This document shows, piece by piece, positions 17,550 through 27,647 of a stretch of DNA of 64,000 bases. Below the pieces are notes generated by a model. It was not told the DNA's origin, made no database searches, and saw only the letters and a list, made by a program, of their open reading frames with translations. Position numbers and translations under genes: made by a program. Where the stretch lies: NCBI GenBank assembly GCA_020346185.1, contig CP070775.1:2950302-3014301 (forward strand), in the 5' to 3' direction. How positions within the stretch are numbered: the stretch's first letter is position 1; every line of letters starts with the position of its first letter. This stretch comes from Betaproteobacteria bacterium. Its GTDB lineage: Bacteria; Pseudomonadota; Gammaproteobacteria; Burkholderiales; Eutrophovitaceae.

Positions 17550-18206
17550 ATGGCCACGCGCGAGAGCCTTACCGACAAAGCTTACAAGCAACTGGAGGAA
17601 ATGATTGTCACTCTCCAGCTCGAGCCAGGTGCTGTGTTGGCCGAGTTGGAGCTGGGCGAGCGTCTTCAAATAGGCCGTACCCCGATACGTGAGGCATTAC
17701 AACGGCTCGCTCGCGAGGGGCTAGTAATGATTCTGCCTCGCAAGGGTATTCTGGTGACTGAAATCAATCCTGGCAAACAACTACTCTTGATCGAAGTGCG
17801 GCGCGCATTGGAGCGGTTGATGGCCCGCACTGCTGCGATACGCAGCAGCGGCACAGAACGCAAGGAATTCCGTCGAATCGCAAAGGGCATGCAACAAGCG
17901 GCAATCAAGAACGATGACGTGAAGTTCATGCGTCACGACAGTGAATTGAATGCGTTGCTTGCAGAGGCTGCGCACAACGAATATGCAGCGAGGGCGATCC
18001 AGGCAATTCAAGGTTTGTCACGCAGGTTCTGGTACTTCCACTACAAGCAGGCGGCGGACATGCCGCTTTGCGCGCGTCTACATGCTGCACTTGCGCAGAG
18101 AATTGCAGACGGTGATGGCGCCAGCGCTGCCGAGGCGAGCGATCGCCTAGTGGACTATGTGGAGGACTTTACCCGCCTTGCGTTCAGCCCTGGTCTTGCC
18201 GCTTAG
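17550..18206 (+). CDS. GntR-family (FadR/FCD subfamily) transcriptional regulator
   Basis: Starts at MATRESLTDKAYKQLEEMIV. wHTH ELGERLQIGRTPIREALQRLAREGLV, followed by a helical FCD-like C-terminal domain. Paralog of 34658-35335. Confidence 0.9.
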   Translation: MATRESLTDKAYKQLEEMIVTLQLEPGAVLAELELGERLQIGRTPIREALQRLAREGLVMILPRKGILVTEINPGKQLLLIEVRRALERLMARTAAIRSSGTERKEFRRIAKGMQQAAIKNDDVKFMRHDSELNALLAEAAHNEYAARAIQAIQGLSRRFWYFHYKQAADMPLCARLHAALAQRIADGDGASAAEASDRLVDYVEDFTRLAFSPGLAA

Positions 18207-18293
18207 TACGTGCGTGCCACCTGGCTAGAGAAAACAAAACCGGTATTCGAGAAGGTTTTATTGTCGCAGAGCGATGAGTCCGAGGTGTATGAA

Positions 18294-18578
18294 ATGAAGC
18301 GATACAGCGGGAAGCGAACCATTGACGGCATTGTTGTTACCGTTGACGGCGCGCCCCTCGATGAAAAATTCGATATCCGGGTTTTCGATAGGAAAGGCTT
18401 CGAGTGGAGTTATGAAGGGAGCGCGCCGCGTCAGCTGGCGTTGGCGATTCTGGCGGATCATTTTGGCGACGCTGACGAGGCAATCAGTCGAGTTGAGCTT
18501 TTCATGAAATCGGTGATCGCCAATCTCGACAACGATTGGGATTTGACCACCGGCGATATCGATGCGGCGTTCGCCTGA
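18294..18578 (+). CDS. Small conserved hypothetical protein (possibly DUF6166-like)
   Basis: MKRYSGKRTIDGIVVTVDGAPL...FEWSYEGSAPRQLALAILADHFGD. Start chosen at the internal ATG. The family assignment is a weak recollection. Confidence 0.5.
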   Translation: MKRYSGKRTIDGIVVTVDGAPLDEKFDIRVFDRKGFEWSYEGSAPRQLALAILADHFGDADEAISRVELFMKSVIANLDNDWDLTTGDIDAAFA

Positions 18579-18821
18579 TTCGAACTCGTTCTTCGCTCAT
18601 GTGGAATTTCCAGACCGAAAGCTCTGAGCGCTCGCGGTGAGTGGGTGAGACTGGCAGGATTACAAACGGTGCTGTGCCCTTGAATGCGACGAGGTAGACC
18701 GCTCGAGGGAGTTATAACTGCGCTCGACGCTAAGATAGACTAGTATCGAAACATAGATGAACGGATTTTCCAACCGCTGCCGGGAAGATATCGGTGGTTT
18801 TGTAAAAGGGAAACACGCGCG

Positions 18822-19661
18822 ATGGATAACGCGATCGCTTACAAAGCAGAACAGACAGTGACCGCGCGGCTGCAATTCACTGTCAATGACGGCAAGCCAC
18901 TGATCGCCAGGGTCTTTGTGCCCGGCGCTGATCTGGACAGGCGCAGCGGCACATTTGAATGGTGCGATGTCGAGATTCACAATGGCCGCCCGCTCGCGGA
19001 CACGCTCGACCTCGACCGTGAGGGCTTCCAACTCATTCGCCATCAAAGCGCGGTCGGGAACTGGTACGACGATGCGGAAGCGCGCCGTGTCGGCTATGCG
19101 GAGACCGAGGTGCTGCTCAAGGCTATCACCGGGTGTTCCAAGGTTGTGGTCTTTGACCATACACCGCGTATCGATGACGAAGCATTGCGGATCGAGCGCG
19201 GTTTTCGGCCACCGGCCACCATCGTGCACAACGATTTCATTCCTGAATCCGCTGAACAGAGAGTACGTGACCTGTTACCCGCCGGGGAGGCAGAAGCGCG
19301 GCTCAAGAAGCGCTTTGGCTCGATCAATGTCTGGCGGCCTATCAAGGGTCCGGTCGAGACGGCACCACTGGTGGTTTGCGGCTATGGCGATATGAGCGAC
19401 GAGGACCTGATCGTTTCCGAGCGTCACTATCCTGACGGGCGTATCGGGCGAATTTACAACGTTGCCTTCAACCCGGCGCAGCGTTGGACCTACTTCCCGC
19501 ACATGATGCCGGACGAAGTGGTGCTGCTCAAATGCTACGACTCGCTCACCGACGGTGCCGCGCGCTGGACTGCTCACGGTTCGTTCCAGCCACCGGACAG
19601 ACCGGTCAACGCGGCGCCGCGCGAAAGTGTCGAACTGCGCACGATGGTGTTCTGGGACTAG
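18822..19661 (+). CDS. CmcJ/NvfI-family oxidoreductase-like protein
   Basis: 279 aa. ATIVHNDFIPESAEQRVRDLL, INVWRPIKGPVETAPLVVCGYGDMSDEDL and RESVELR fit my recollection of this family. Confidence 0.7.
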   Translation: MDNAIAYKAEQTVTARLQFTVNDGKPLIARVFVPGADLDRRSGTFEWCDVEIHNGRPLADTLDLDREGFQLIRHQSAVGNWYDDAEARRVGYAETEVLLKAITGCSKVVVFDHTPRIDDEALRIERGFRPPATIVHNDFIPESAEQRVRDLLPAGEAEARLKKRFGSINVWRPIKGPVETAPLVVCGYGDMSDEDLIVSERHYPDGRIGRIYNVAFNPAQRWTYFPHMMPDEVVLLKCYDSLTDGAARWTAHGSFQPPDRPVNAAPRESVELRTMVFWD

Positions 19662-19890
19662 ACGCCGAAGAGGCGGCGCGTAGATCTAGGAAGGAGGCGT
19701 GCGAGGAGCTGTGCCGTTTCTTGTTTTCGTTCTGCATTGAGCGCCATCGACCTAGTTGTTTTAACAGCGGTGCGGCCGCGATGAACGCCCACCAATCCTG
19801 CATTTCGAGGGCCAGACCTGAATCTGGCAAGATTGTAATGAGTCAGTTTGTCGGCTCCAGCCACCGACCCATTCCCGTTCAAACGCTGAA

Positions 19891-21075
19891 ATGTGTTTTT
19901 CCAGATTGAGTCTTGTCGTTACTTTTTCCCTGGCACTGCAATCCTGTGCGTCAGTTGCCCCGCGTAATGCTGTGCCGGAAGAACTGGTAGGCGAGGCGAT
20001 GGTGCTGCCCGGGACCCATGCGCGTATGTGGGGTGACGTGGCACCCGAGAACTTCGACGAACTGGTAGAAATATTCCGGCAACAATTAGTCCGCGATGGT
20101 GGTGATGAGGCTCTTTCGCTGCCGCGAAACATGCTGTTGATCTCCGGTGGTGGCGCGAATGGCGCCTTTGGTGGCGGTTTGCTAAAGGGCTGGACCGAGT
20201 CTGGCACGCGTCCTGAGCTGACTATCGTGACTGGCATCAGCACTGGCGCGTTGATCGCACCGTACGCGTTTCTCGGCAGCGACTATGACGACGAGTTGGA
20301 AATGCTCTATACGACGCTGTCCACGAAAGACATTGTCAAGGAGCGCCCACTGTTAGCGGGATTGAGAGGCGACGCGTTGGCGGATACGAGGCCGCTGCGC
20401 GAACTGCTTCGGAACCGCGTTGACGAAGCCATGATCGCGGAGATTGGGATTGAGCACGAGAAGGGCCGCCGCCTTTTGATCGGCACCACCAACCTCGACG
20501 CCAAGCGGCCGGTGATCTGGAATATCGGCGCAATTGCTGCGGAAGGGACAGAAGAGTCCGCGCAGTTGATTCGAGATGTCATGCTAGCGTCAGCCTCAAT
20601 CCCCGGACTATTTCCACCGGTGAGGATCAACGTCCGAGTCGGTGACCGCACGTATGATGAATTGCACGTAGATGGTGGAGTGGCCAGTCAGGTGTTTCTG
20701 TACCCGGCGCAGGTTGACCTGAAGGAATCTGCCCGAACGGTCGGAACCGAGGGAAAGCTTACGATGTATGTCATTCGCAACAGCATCCTTGCGCCGCGCT
20801 GGTCCGAAGTCAAACCTAAAGTCGGACCAGTGGCACTCGCGTCGATCTCGACTTTGATTCGCACCCAGGGTATGGGCGACCTGTATCGGCTTTACCTGGG
20901 GGCGAAGCGTGATTCAATTAGCTTCCGGCTCGCTTACATTCCTGAAACGTTCGATCTGGAACCCGAAGAAGAATTTGATCCGAAGTACATGAAGGCGCTA
21001 TTCGATCTGGGTTACAACATGGCGCGGGATGGTTATGAATGGGAAAGGTCTCCGCCAGGTGTTGCGTTGCCGTGA
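19891..21075 (+). CDS. Patatin-like phospholipase, lipoprotein
   Basis: Lipobox LALQSC. Oxyanion motif ISGGGANGAFGGGLL, nucleophile elbow GISTGALIA, and a DGG motif (HVDGGV). Confidence 0.9.
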   Translation: MCFSRLSLVVTFSLALQSCASVAPRNAVPEELVGEAMVLPGTHARMWGDVAPENFDELVEIFRQQLVRDGGDEALSLPRNMLLISGGGANGAFGGGLLKGWTESGTRPELTIVTGISTGALIAPYAFLGSDYDDELEMLYTTLSTKDIVKERPLLAGLRGDALADTRPLRELLRNRVDEAMIAEIGIEHEKGRRLLIGTTNLDAKRPVIWNIGAIAAEGTEESAQLIRDVMLASASIPGLFPPVRINVRVGDRTYDELHVDGGVASQVFLYPAQVDLKESARTVGTEGKLTMYVIRNSILAPRWSEVKPKVGPVALASISTLIRTQGMGDLYRLYLGAKRDSISFRLAYIPETFDLEPEEEFDPKYMKALFDLGYNMARDGYEWERSPPGVALP

Positions 21076-21088
21076 TCAAGGAAAATCC

Positions 21089-21497
21089 ATGATCCGTAAA
21101 CTCTCAGTCTTTTTTCCTTGGACCCCTTGTCGCAGCCTCCCCGATTTGGCCCGTACCTGCGTTGACTGCTACCGTCCCGGAAGTTGTTCCCGGCAAAGGC
21201 CTGGTCGTGTTCTATCGGCTCAGAAGGATGACCGGTGCCGCCATTACGTTCAGTGTCGATCACGTCGATGGAACGCTAGGCATGCTTAGGAATGGTTCCA
21301 TGCTCTAGAAGTATAGCCAAACGGGTCAGCACACGTTCTATTCGCAGGTGCTATCAGGTGATTCCGTCACGATCAACCTGGAGCCGGGCAAAGCCTACTT
21401 CGTCCAGACTTTGGCGAGAATGGGGGTGGCTGTCGCGCGTCCCGGTTTCACTCACGTGGACGAAGCAACAGGCAGAGCAGCCGTTACCGGCTTGTAG
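21089..21497 (+). pseudogene. DUF2846-like lipoprotein gene, frameshifted with an internal stop
   Basis: Pieced across frames: MIRKLSVFF / GKGLVVFYRLRRMTGAAITFSVDHVDGTLGMLRNGSML* / GQHTFYSQVLSGDSVTINLEPGKAYFVQTLARMGVAVARPGFTHVDEATGRAAVTGL*. Confidence 0.6.
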
Positions 21498-21556
21498 AGC
21501 TATTCGCGGACCAACAAGCCGGTAGGTTCCGCCTGCCTCGGGCGCACCGAATTCTC

Positions 21557-21590
21557 AAAGGGCCTGCAAAGAAGCAGGCCCTTTGTTTTC
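21557..21590 (+). terminator. Rho-independent terminator
   Basis: AAAGGGCCTGC-AAAGAA-GCAGGCCCTTT, followed by GTTTT. Confidence 0.7.
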
Positions 21591-21794
21591 TGCTAATGCT
21601 GGGAAGTTTTTCCTTCCGGCAATCAAGAAACCGAATATCTTTCCGAATGTGGGATTTCGAATGGCAAAAATCGGAATCCTTTTCTACAGCTTTGTCGGTA
21701 CCATTTCGTCCCGGAAGAAAAGCTATCAGCGCGACGGTTATGCGAAAAACGGTAGTCGCGCGGCAGCGCTGATGCCAGCGAGGAGGGCAATCCA

Positions 21795-23063
21795 GTGAAT
21801 GAAGATCGCGTTATCGCGACCTATCTGATCGAGACACCGCATCCGCTCGAGCATGCTGCGCGGGTCATCGCCGGCGAGCAGTCGAGCGGTACCTTTGTAT
21901 CCGTTCCGGGCGAGACCAACGAACTGAAAGAGCGCTTCGGAGCGCAGGTCATCAAAGTTGATTCCCTGGGCGTGGTCGAAACGCCCAGCCTGCCGGGCAG
22001 CAAGCCACCAAAATCGACAGGCGGAAAGGTCGGGTACCGACGCGGCAGAGTGGTGATCTGCTTTCCGTTGCACAACTTCGGCCCCTCTCTGACCAGCCTG
22101 TTTTCCACGGTTGCGGGCAACCTGTACGAGCTGCAGGAGCTGTCGGGTATTCGCCTCGAAGATCTGGAACTGCCGCAGGCGTTTGCCGATCATTACGCGG
22201 GCCCCGGTTTCGGAATCGTTGGCACGCGAAAGCTGGCCGGCGTGGAGGGCCGGCCGCTGATTGGCACCATTATCAAGCCCAGCATCGGACTGGCGACCAA
22301 TGCCTTGGCGACGCTGGTGCGTGATCTGGCCACGGCGGGGCTGGATTTCATCAAGGACGACGAACTGCAGGCCGACCCCATGTACGCGCCGTTCGTGCAA
22401 CGCGTCGCCGCGGTGATGCCGGAGATCGAGAAGGCGGCGGACCGCACCGGCAAGAAGGCGATGTACGCGTTCAATATTACCGGTGACGTCGATCACATGC
22501 TGCGCAGTCACGACCTGGTGAAGAAGAGCGGTGGCACTTGCGTCATGGTGAATGTGAACGCCGTCGGTCTGGCTGCGCTCGCCTATTTGCGCCGCCACTG
22601 CGAACTGCCGATCCACGGCCACCGGGCCTGGTTCGGCGCCATTGCCCGGCATCCGCTGCTGGGCATCGGCTTCACCGCCTATCAGAAGTTATTCCGTCTG
22701 GCCGGTGTCGATCATCTGCACGTGGGCGGATTCAACAGCAAGTTCTATGAGACCAATGAAGAAGTGGGCAAGTCCATCATCGATTGCGTCACGCCGATGT
22801 TTGGTAATTACCGCGTCATGCCGGCCATCTCGTCGGCGCAATGGGCGGGGTCTGCGCCGGAAATCTACACTGCAACCAACACCGTCGATGTGATTCACCT
22901 TGCCGGCGGTGGCATCATCGCCCATCCCGGTGGAACTGCGGCCGGTGTTCGCAGCATGCAGCAGGGCTGGGAAGCGGCACTGAAAGGCGTGGCGCTGGAA
23001 GATTACGCCGAGACGCATGAAGAACTGCGCGATGCAATCGGGAAATTCGGGAGGCGTGGCTGA
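21795..23063 (+). CDS. RuBisCO large-subunit-like protein (form IV, RLP)
   Basis: 422 aa, GTG start with GAGGAGGG upstream. GTIIKPSIGL, LDFIKDDELQ (KDDE carbamate/metal motif), HGHRA, DHLHVGG, HLAGGGIIAHPGG. No small subunit, PRK or carboxysome genes nearby. Confidence 0.88.
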   Translation: MNEDRVIATYLIETPHPLEHAARVIAGEQSSGTFVSVPGETNELKERFGAQVIKVDSLGVVETPSLPGSKPPKSTGGKVGYRRGRVVICFPLHNFGPSLTSLFSTVAGNLYELQELSGIRLEDLELPQAFADHYAGPGFGIVGTRKLAGVEGRPLIGTIIKPSIGLATNALATLVRDLATAGLDFIKDDELQADPMYAPFVQRVAAVMPEIEKAADRTGKKAMYAFNITGDVDHMLRSHDLVKKSGGTCVMVNVNAVGLAALAYLRRHCELPIHGHRAWFGAIARHPLLGIGFTAYQKLFRLAGVDHLHVGGFNSKFYETNEEVGKSIIDCVTPMFGNYRVMPAISSAQWAGSAPEIYTATNTVDVIHLAGGGIIAHPGGTAAGVRSMQQGWEAALKGVALEDYAETHEELRDAIGKFGRRG

Positions 23064-24424
23064 TGGCAACCGATGAGAAACTGTTGCTCGCCTTCTATGG
23101 CGATGACTTTACCGGCTCGACTGACGCGTTGGAGGCGCTGGCGAAGTCAGGCCTGCGTACCGTCTTGTTCCTGTCCTCGCCGACACCGGAACTCATCCGC
23201 GAAAAATTCCCCGATCTTCGATGCGTCGGCGTTGCCGGGACCAGCCGTGCAATGTCTCCGGCCGAAATGGACACCGAATTCGAACCGGTACTGCGACAGT
23301 TGTGGTCGATCGGCGCACCGGTGACCCATTACAAGGTGTGCTCGACATTCGACTCGTCTCCCGAAATTGGCAGCATCGGGCATGTCGCCGACATGGTGCA
23401 CACGTCCCTGGTGCCAGGGCAGATGATCTCGATTGTTGCCGGTGCTCCGCCTTTGCGGCGTTTTACGGTATTTGGTAATCATTTTGCCGCTTACGGCGAG
23501 GAAGTTTACCGACTTGACCGGCATCCTGTCATGTCGCGTCATCCGTCCACGCCAATGCACGAGTCCGACTTGCGTGTGCATTTGTCTCATCAGACCAGGA
23601 TCAGGATCGGCTTGATGAGCGTGACCGATCTTTCCGCTGACGCTGAGAGAGTGGATGCATGTCAGAGAGCAAAGCTGGAAGAAAAGCCCGGCATGTTGCT
23701 CTACGACGCGCTGACCGACGAGCATCTGCTCACCGTAGGCAGACTGCTGTGGCAACACGGACAGCGAGCGCCGCATTTTGTCATCGGATCATCTGGCGTC
23801 GAGTATGCACTGGCGGCGCACTGGCGTGCCAGTGGCATTATCAGTGATCAGCGCGCCGAGTTCGAGCCACTAAAGCCGGTCGAGCAAATGCTGGCTGTGT
23901 CGGGCAGCGCCTCGCCGATGACCGCGCAGCAGATCGAGTGGGCGGGCAACAACGGCTTCGACTGCATCCGCATACCGACTGAGAAACTGGCGCAGCCTGA
24001 CACGGCAGAACAAGCGCAGCAGCAACTCGTTGCACATGGTCTTGAGTCGCTCTCTGCCGGCAGCAGTGTGCTGCTCTACTCTGCAGCCGGTCCGGATGAT
24101 CCGAGTATCCACGCCACGCGTGAACGACTGGATAAGAGCGGGGGCAGGACTGCCCGCGTGCTTGGAACCGCGATGGGAAACATTGCGCGCGAATTGCTGA
24201 AGCGAAGTGGGTTGCGGCGTGTTGTTATCGCCGGCGGAGACACGTCGAGCTACGCCACCCAGGAACTTGGGCTCTACGCGCTGGAGATGCTGGCAGAGCT
24301 CACGCCCGGCGCGCCGCTGTGCCGTGCCTATTCAGATGACCCGCAGTTCGACGGTCTCGAGATCGCGCTGAAGGGCGGCCAGATGGGCAAAGTCGATTAT
24401 TTCGGAATGGTGCGGGGGCAGTAG
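23063..24424 (+). CDS. Four-carbon acid-sugar kinase family protein (DUF1537; OtnK/DtnK/OiaK-like)
   Basis: 453 aa. N-terminal LLLAFYGDDFTGSTDALEALAKSGLRTVLF and C-terminal VVIAGGDTSSYA are typical of DUF1537 kinases. The start overlaps the RLP stop (TGATG). Confidence 0.88.
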   Translation: MATDEKLLLAFYGDDFTGSTDALEALAKSGLRTVLFLSSPTPELIREKFPDLRCVGVAGTSRAMSPAEMDTEFEPVLRQLWSIGAPVTHYKVCSTFDSSPEIGSIGHVADMVHTSLVPGQMISIVAGAPPLRRFTVFGNHFAAYGEEVYRLDRHPVMSRHPSTPMHESDLRVHLSHQTRIRIGLMSVTDLSADAERVDACQRAKLEEKPGMLLYDALTDEHLLTVGRLLWQHGQRAPHFVIGSSGVEYALAAHWRASGIISDQRAEFEPLKPVEQMLAVSGSASPMTAQQIEWAGNNGFDCIRIPTEKLAQPDTAEQAQQQLVAHGLESLSAGSSVLLYSAAGPDDPSIHATRERLDKSGGRTARVLGTAMGNIARELLKRSGLRRVVIAGGDTSSYATQELGLYALEMLAELTPGAPLCRAYSDDPQFDGLEIALKGGQMGKVDYFGMVRGQ

Positions 24425-24505
24425 ACAGGCCTTCCCCCCACGCTTTGTAACAACCGTCGCTGGCCACAAGCCGGACGTGCGGATCAATTACTGTGGAGAC
24501 AACAC

Positions 24506-25336
24506 ATGACAAGAGTAGCGATTATCGGAGCAGGCGGAAAAATGGGTTATCGGGTGTCCTCCAACTTGAAGGATGCACACTATGACGTGAGCCATGTTGA
24601 AGTCAGCGAAGCCGGGCGCGAGCGGCTCAAGGAACTGGGCATCACTTGTGTCGATACTGATACCGCGCTAGCCGATGCGGACTTCGTGATCCTCACCATT
24701 CCCGACAACATGATCGAGAAAGTCACCAAGCAGTTGGTTGACAAGTTCAAAAAGGGCGCAACCCTGATCGCATTGGACGCGGCGGCGCCGTTCGCAGGAC
24801 ATTTGCCGGCGCGTAAGGACCTGACGATTTTCGTTGCCCATCCTTGTCATCCGCCGATCTTCAACGACGAGACCGATCTCGAAGCCAAGCGCGATTACTT
24901 TGGCGGCATCAAAGCCAAGCAGGCAATTGTCTGCGCGTTGTTGCGTGGAGATGAGAAGAACTATGCGGTGGCTGAAGATGTCGCCAAGCGCATGTATGCA
25001 CCGGTGATGCGTTCGCATCGCGCCACCGTCGAGCAAATGGCGATGCTCGAGCCAGCGCTGTCGGAGACGGTTTGCGCAACTTGCCTGACGGTGATCCGTG
25101 AAGCAACCGACGAGGCAGTCAAGCGCGGCGTGCCGGCGGAAGCGGCGCGCGATTTCATTCTCGGGCACCTCAATGTCGAATTGGCGATTCTGTTCGATCA
25201 GCTGCCGGGCGTTCGGATGTCGGACGCAGCCAACAAGGCGGTGGAAGAGGCGAAGAAAAAGATATTTGCGCCGGACTGGAGGAAGGTGTTCGACCGCGAA
25301 GAAATCGCCGCAAACATCCAGGCGATCACGAGCTGA
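24506..25336 (+). CDS. NAD(P)-binding dehydrogenase (ProC/prephenate-dehydrogenase-like Rossmann N-domain with helical C-domain)
   Basis: MTRVAIIGAGGKMGYRVSSNL Rossmann motif. 276 aa. Resembles proteins annotated as phosphogluconate-dehydrogenase-C-terminal-domain proteins. Confidence 0.7.
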   Translation: MTRVAIIGAGGKMGYRVSSNLKDAHYDVSHVEVSEAGRERLKELGITCVDTDTALADADFVILTIPDNMIEKVTKQLVDKFKKGATLIALDAAAPFAGHLPARKDLTIFVAHPCHPPIFNDETDLEAKRDYFGGIKAKQAIVCALLRGDEKNYAVAEDVAKRMYAPVMRSHRATVEQMAMLEPALSETVCATCLTVIREATDEAVKRGVPAEAARDFILGHLNVELAILFDQLPGVRMSDAANKAVEEAKKKIFAPDWRKVFDREEIAANIQAITS

Positions 25337-25475
25337 CGAACCGGTAGCCGCAGCATGCGTATCAGCTGCCAGTAACAGCGTCAGGTAAGCGGTCAATTCA
25401 GCAGACTTCATTTTTATACCAGTCGATTCTTGGTGCCGGGCGGCGTAAGGCTATGCTCGCTGACGAGGACAGGAT

Positions 25476-25871
25476 ATGCTCAAAAAAACAGTGGAACAGG
25501 GTACAGGCGGCAAAGTCGTCCTGATGGATTCAATCACGAAGGTGAGCGCCGATGACGAGGGTGCGGTTGTCGTGTGTGCCTCACATGGCGGCACCAGCTC
25601 GGGAGAGTTCGCTCTCGAGGTACCGCTCAAACTGGTGGTGTTCAATGACGCCGGCGGGGGGAAGGACGATGCCGGGATTGCGGCGCTGGCAATGTTACAG
25701 GGGCGAGGTGTCGCCGCGGCAACAGTCGCGCACACCAGCGGCCGTATTGGCGATTCGCTTGACATGTGGAAGAACGGCGTTCTGTCGCATGTCAATGCTG
25801 CCGCTCGTGAGCTCGGTTTGGCTGATGGCGACAAGGTGTGCGATAGACTCACTAAACTCGTGAGTGGATAG
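25476..25871 (+). CDS. Conserved hypothetical protein (131 aa), member of the acid-sugar cluster
   Basis: Protein-like composition. Motif CASHGGTSSGEF...VFNDAGGGKDDAGIAAL...VAHTSGRIGD. No family recognised. Confidence 0.55.
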   Translation: MLKKTVEQGTGGKVVLMDSITKVSADDEGAVVVCASHGGTSSGEFALEVPLKLVVFNDAGGGKDDAGIAALAMLQGRGVAAATVAHTSGRIGDSLDMWKNGVLSHVNAAARELGLADGDKVCDRLTKLVSG

Positions 25872-25904
25872 CATTGGAAAGCCTGCTGGAAAAGGAAGAC
25901 GAAG

Positions 25905-27611
25905 GTGGCCGTTGATCCAAGACACAAGAGCCGTGCGCTGCTGGAGGGGCCTGATCGTGCGGTAGCGCGCTCGATGATGAAGGCGGTCGGTTTCAGCGAC
26001 GAAGATCTGTCGCGGCCGCAAATTGGCGTCGCTCACTGCTGGATCGGCACCATGCCATGCAACTGGAACCACCGGGAACTGGCGCAGCGCGTGATGGAGG
26101 GTATACGCGCCGCTGGCGGCACACCGATCGAAGTCAACACGGTGGCCATCAACGATGCCATCACTACCGGCACGGAAGGTATGAAGACGTCGCTGGTCAG
26201 TCGTGAAGTCATTGCTGACTCTGTGGAGCTGGTGGCGTGGGGCCACATGTTCGACGGTATCGTCACCATTTCCGGTTGCGACAAGACGATTCCGGCGATG
26301 GCAATGGTGCTTGGGCGGCTCGACATACCTGGCGTCACCTTGTACGGCGGGTCGATTCGTTCAGGTGCGTGCGTCAAACCGAACAAGGTATTCGGTGACC
26401 GGAAGCTCACAGTGCAGGATGCCTACGAAGCGCTTGGTGCGTTCAACGCAGGCAGGATCAGCGAGGACGAATTCAAGGACGTTGAGGACCACGCCTGCCC
26501 GGGTGCCGGCGCCTGTGGCGGACAGTTCACGGCCAATACCATGGCCACCGCTTACGAGATGCTCGGTATTTCGCCGATGGGATGGAACGACGTACCGGCG
26601 CTGGACACAAGGAAACTCGACGTCGCGTTTGAAACCGGTAGGTTGGTCATGGAGTTGGTGACGAAAGGTGTGACGCCGCGCTCGCTGGTGACCAGGCGCA
26701 GCTTCGAGAATGCGATCACCGGCGTCATGGCAACTGGCGGCTCAACCAATGCCGTTTTGCACCTGCTCGCAACGGCACACGATTTCGGCGTGCCATTGGA
26801 GCTGGAAGCCTTTGATCACATTTCCCGCAAGACACCGGTGCTGGCGGACATGCGGCCGTGGGGTACCTATACCGCGCCGGAAATGTTTGAGGCCGGCGGC
26901 ATGCCGGTGGTGGGCAAGCGCCTGATTGAGGCGGGTCTGCTGCATGGCGCAGAAAAGACGGTCACTGGACAGACGCTGGCACAGGAGATCGAAGGCGCAG
27001 TCGAACCTGACGGCCAGGATGTCATCAAGCCGTTGTCGAATTCACTGAAGTCAGAAGGTGGTCTCGCCATATTGCGGGGTAATCTGGCACCAGGTGGTTG
27101 CGTCATCAAAGTCTCGGGTCAGACCAAAAAGCTGCATCGAGGGCCGGCACGCGTGTTCGAAAACGAGGAAGACGCGTTTCTCGCGATTAAGGAAGGGCGT
27201 ATCCAGCCGAACGATGTGATGGTGTTGCGCAACGAAGGTCCGAAAGGCGGACCGGGCATGCGGGAGATGCAACTGGTCACGGGTGCCTTGCAAGGGTACG
27301 GTCTGGGGGAGACGGTGGCACTGATGACCGACGGCCGGTTCTCGGGCGCATCGCGTGGCTTTGTCATCGGCCATATCGTTCCCGAGGCGGCAGAGCGTGG
27401 CCCGATCGCGGTGTTGCGCGATGGTGACGCGATCACGATCGACGTGGAAAACCGCAAACTCGACGTTGAGCTGAGCGAAGAGCAGCTGCGCGAGCGGCTG
27501 GCGAAATGGGTCGCACCGCCACCGCGTTACACAAAGGGTGTGCTCGCGAAGTATGCGCGCCTTGTTGCCGATGCATCGAAGGGCGCGGTGACGGACCTAC
27601 AAAAATTCTGA
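25905..27611 (+). CDS. IlvD/Edd-family dehydratase (dihydroxy-acid / sugar-acid dehydratase)
   Basis: 568 aa, GTG start. PQIGVAHCWIGTMPCNWNHREL, SGCDKTIPAMAM, PGAGACGGQFTANTM, MTDGRFSGASRGFVIGH. Confidence 0.93.
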   Translation: MAVDPRHKSRALLEGPDRAVARSMMKAVGFSDEDLSRPQIGVAHCWIGTMPCNWNHRELAQRVMEGIRAAGGTPIEVNTVAINDAITTGTEGMKTSLVSREVIADSVELVAWGHMFDGIVTISGCDKTIPAMAMVLGRLDIPGVTLYGGSIRSGACVKPNKVFGDRKLTVQDAYEALGAFNAGRISEDEFKDVEDHACPGAGACGGQFTANTMATAYEMLGISPMGWNDVPALDTRKLDVAFETGRLVMELVTKGVTPRSLVTRRSFENAITGVMATGGSTNAVLHLLATAHDFGVPLELEAFDHISRKTPVLADMRPWGTYTAPEMFEAGGMPVVGKRLIEAGLLHGAEKTVTGQTLAQEIEGAVEPDGQDVIKPLSNSLKSEGGLAILRGNLAPGGCVIKVSGQTKKLHRGPARVFENEEDAFLAIKEGRIQPNDVMVLRNEGPKGGPGMREMQLVTGALQGYGLGETVALMTDGRFSGASRGFVIGHIVPEAAERGPIAVLRDGDAITIDVENRKLDVELSEEQLRERLAKWVAPPPRYTKGVLAKYARLVADASKGAVTDLQKF

Positions 27612-27647
27612 GCTCAACCAGCCGAAAAGAATCAGGGAGGCACAGAT

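Noticed and set aside
21738-22652. 304-aa ORF on the minus strand overlapping the RLP gene.
   Set aside because: It is an Arg/Ala/Gly/His-rich, low-complexity translation typical of the antisense frame of a GC-rich gene. The plus-strand frame has clear RuBisCO-large-subunit motifs.
21795-23063. Possibility that this is a CO2-fixing RuBisCO (Calvin-cycle locus).
   Set aside because: There is no small subunit, phosphoribulokinase or CbbX/Q/O nearby. The K177-equivalent is Ser. The gene is translationally coupled to an acid-sugar kinase. All of this is a form IV RLP context.
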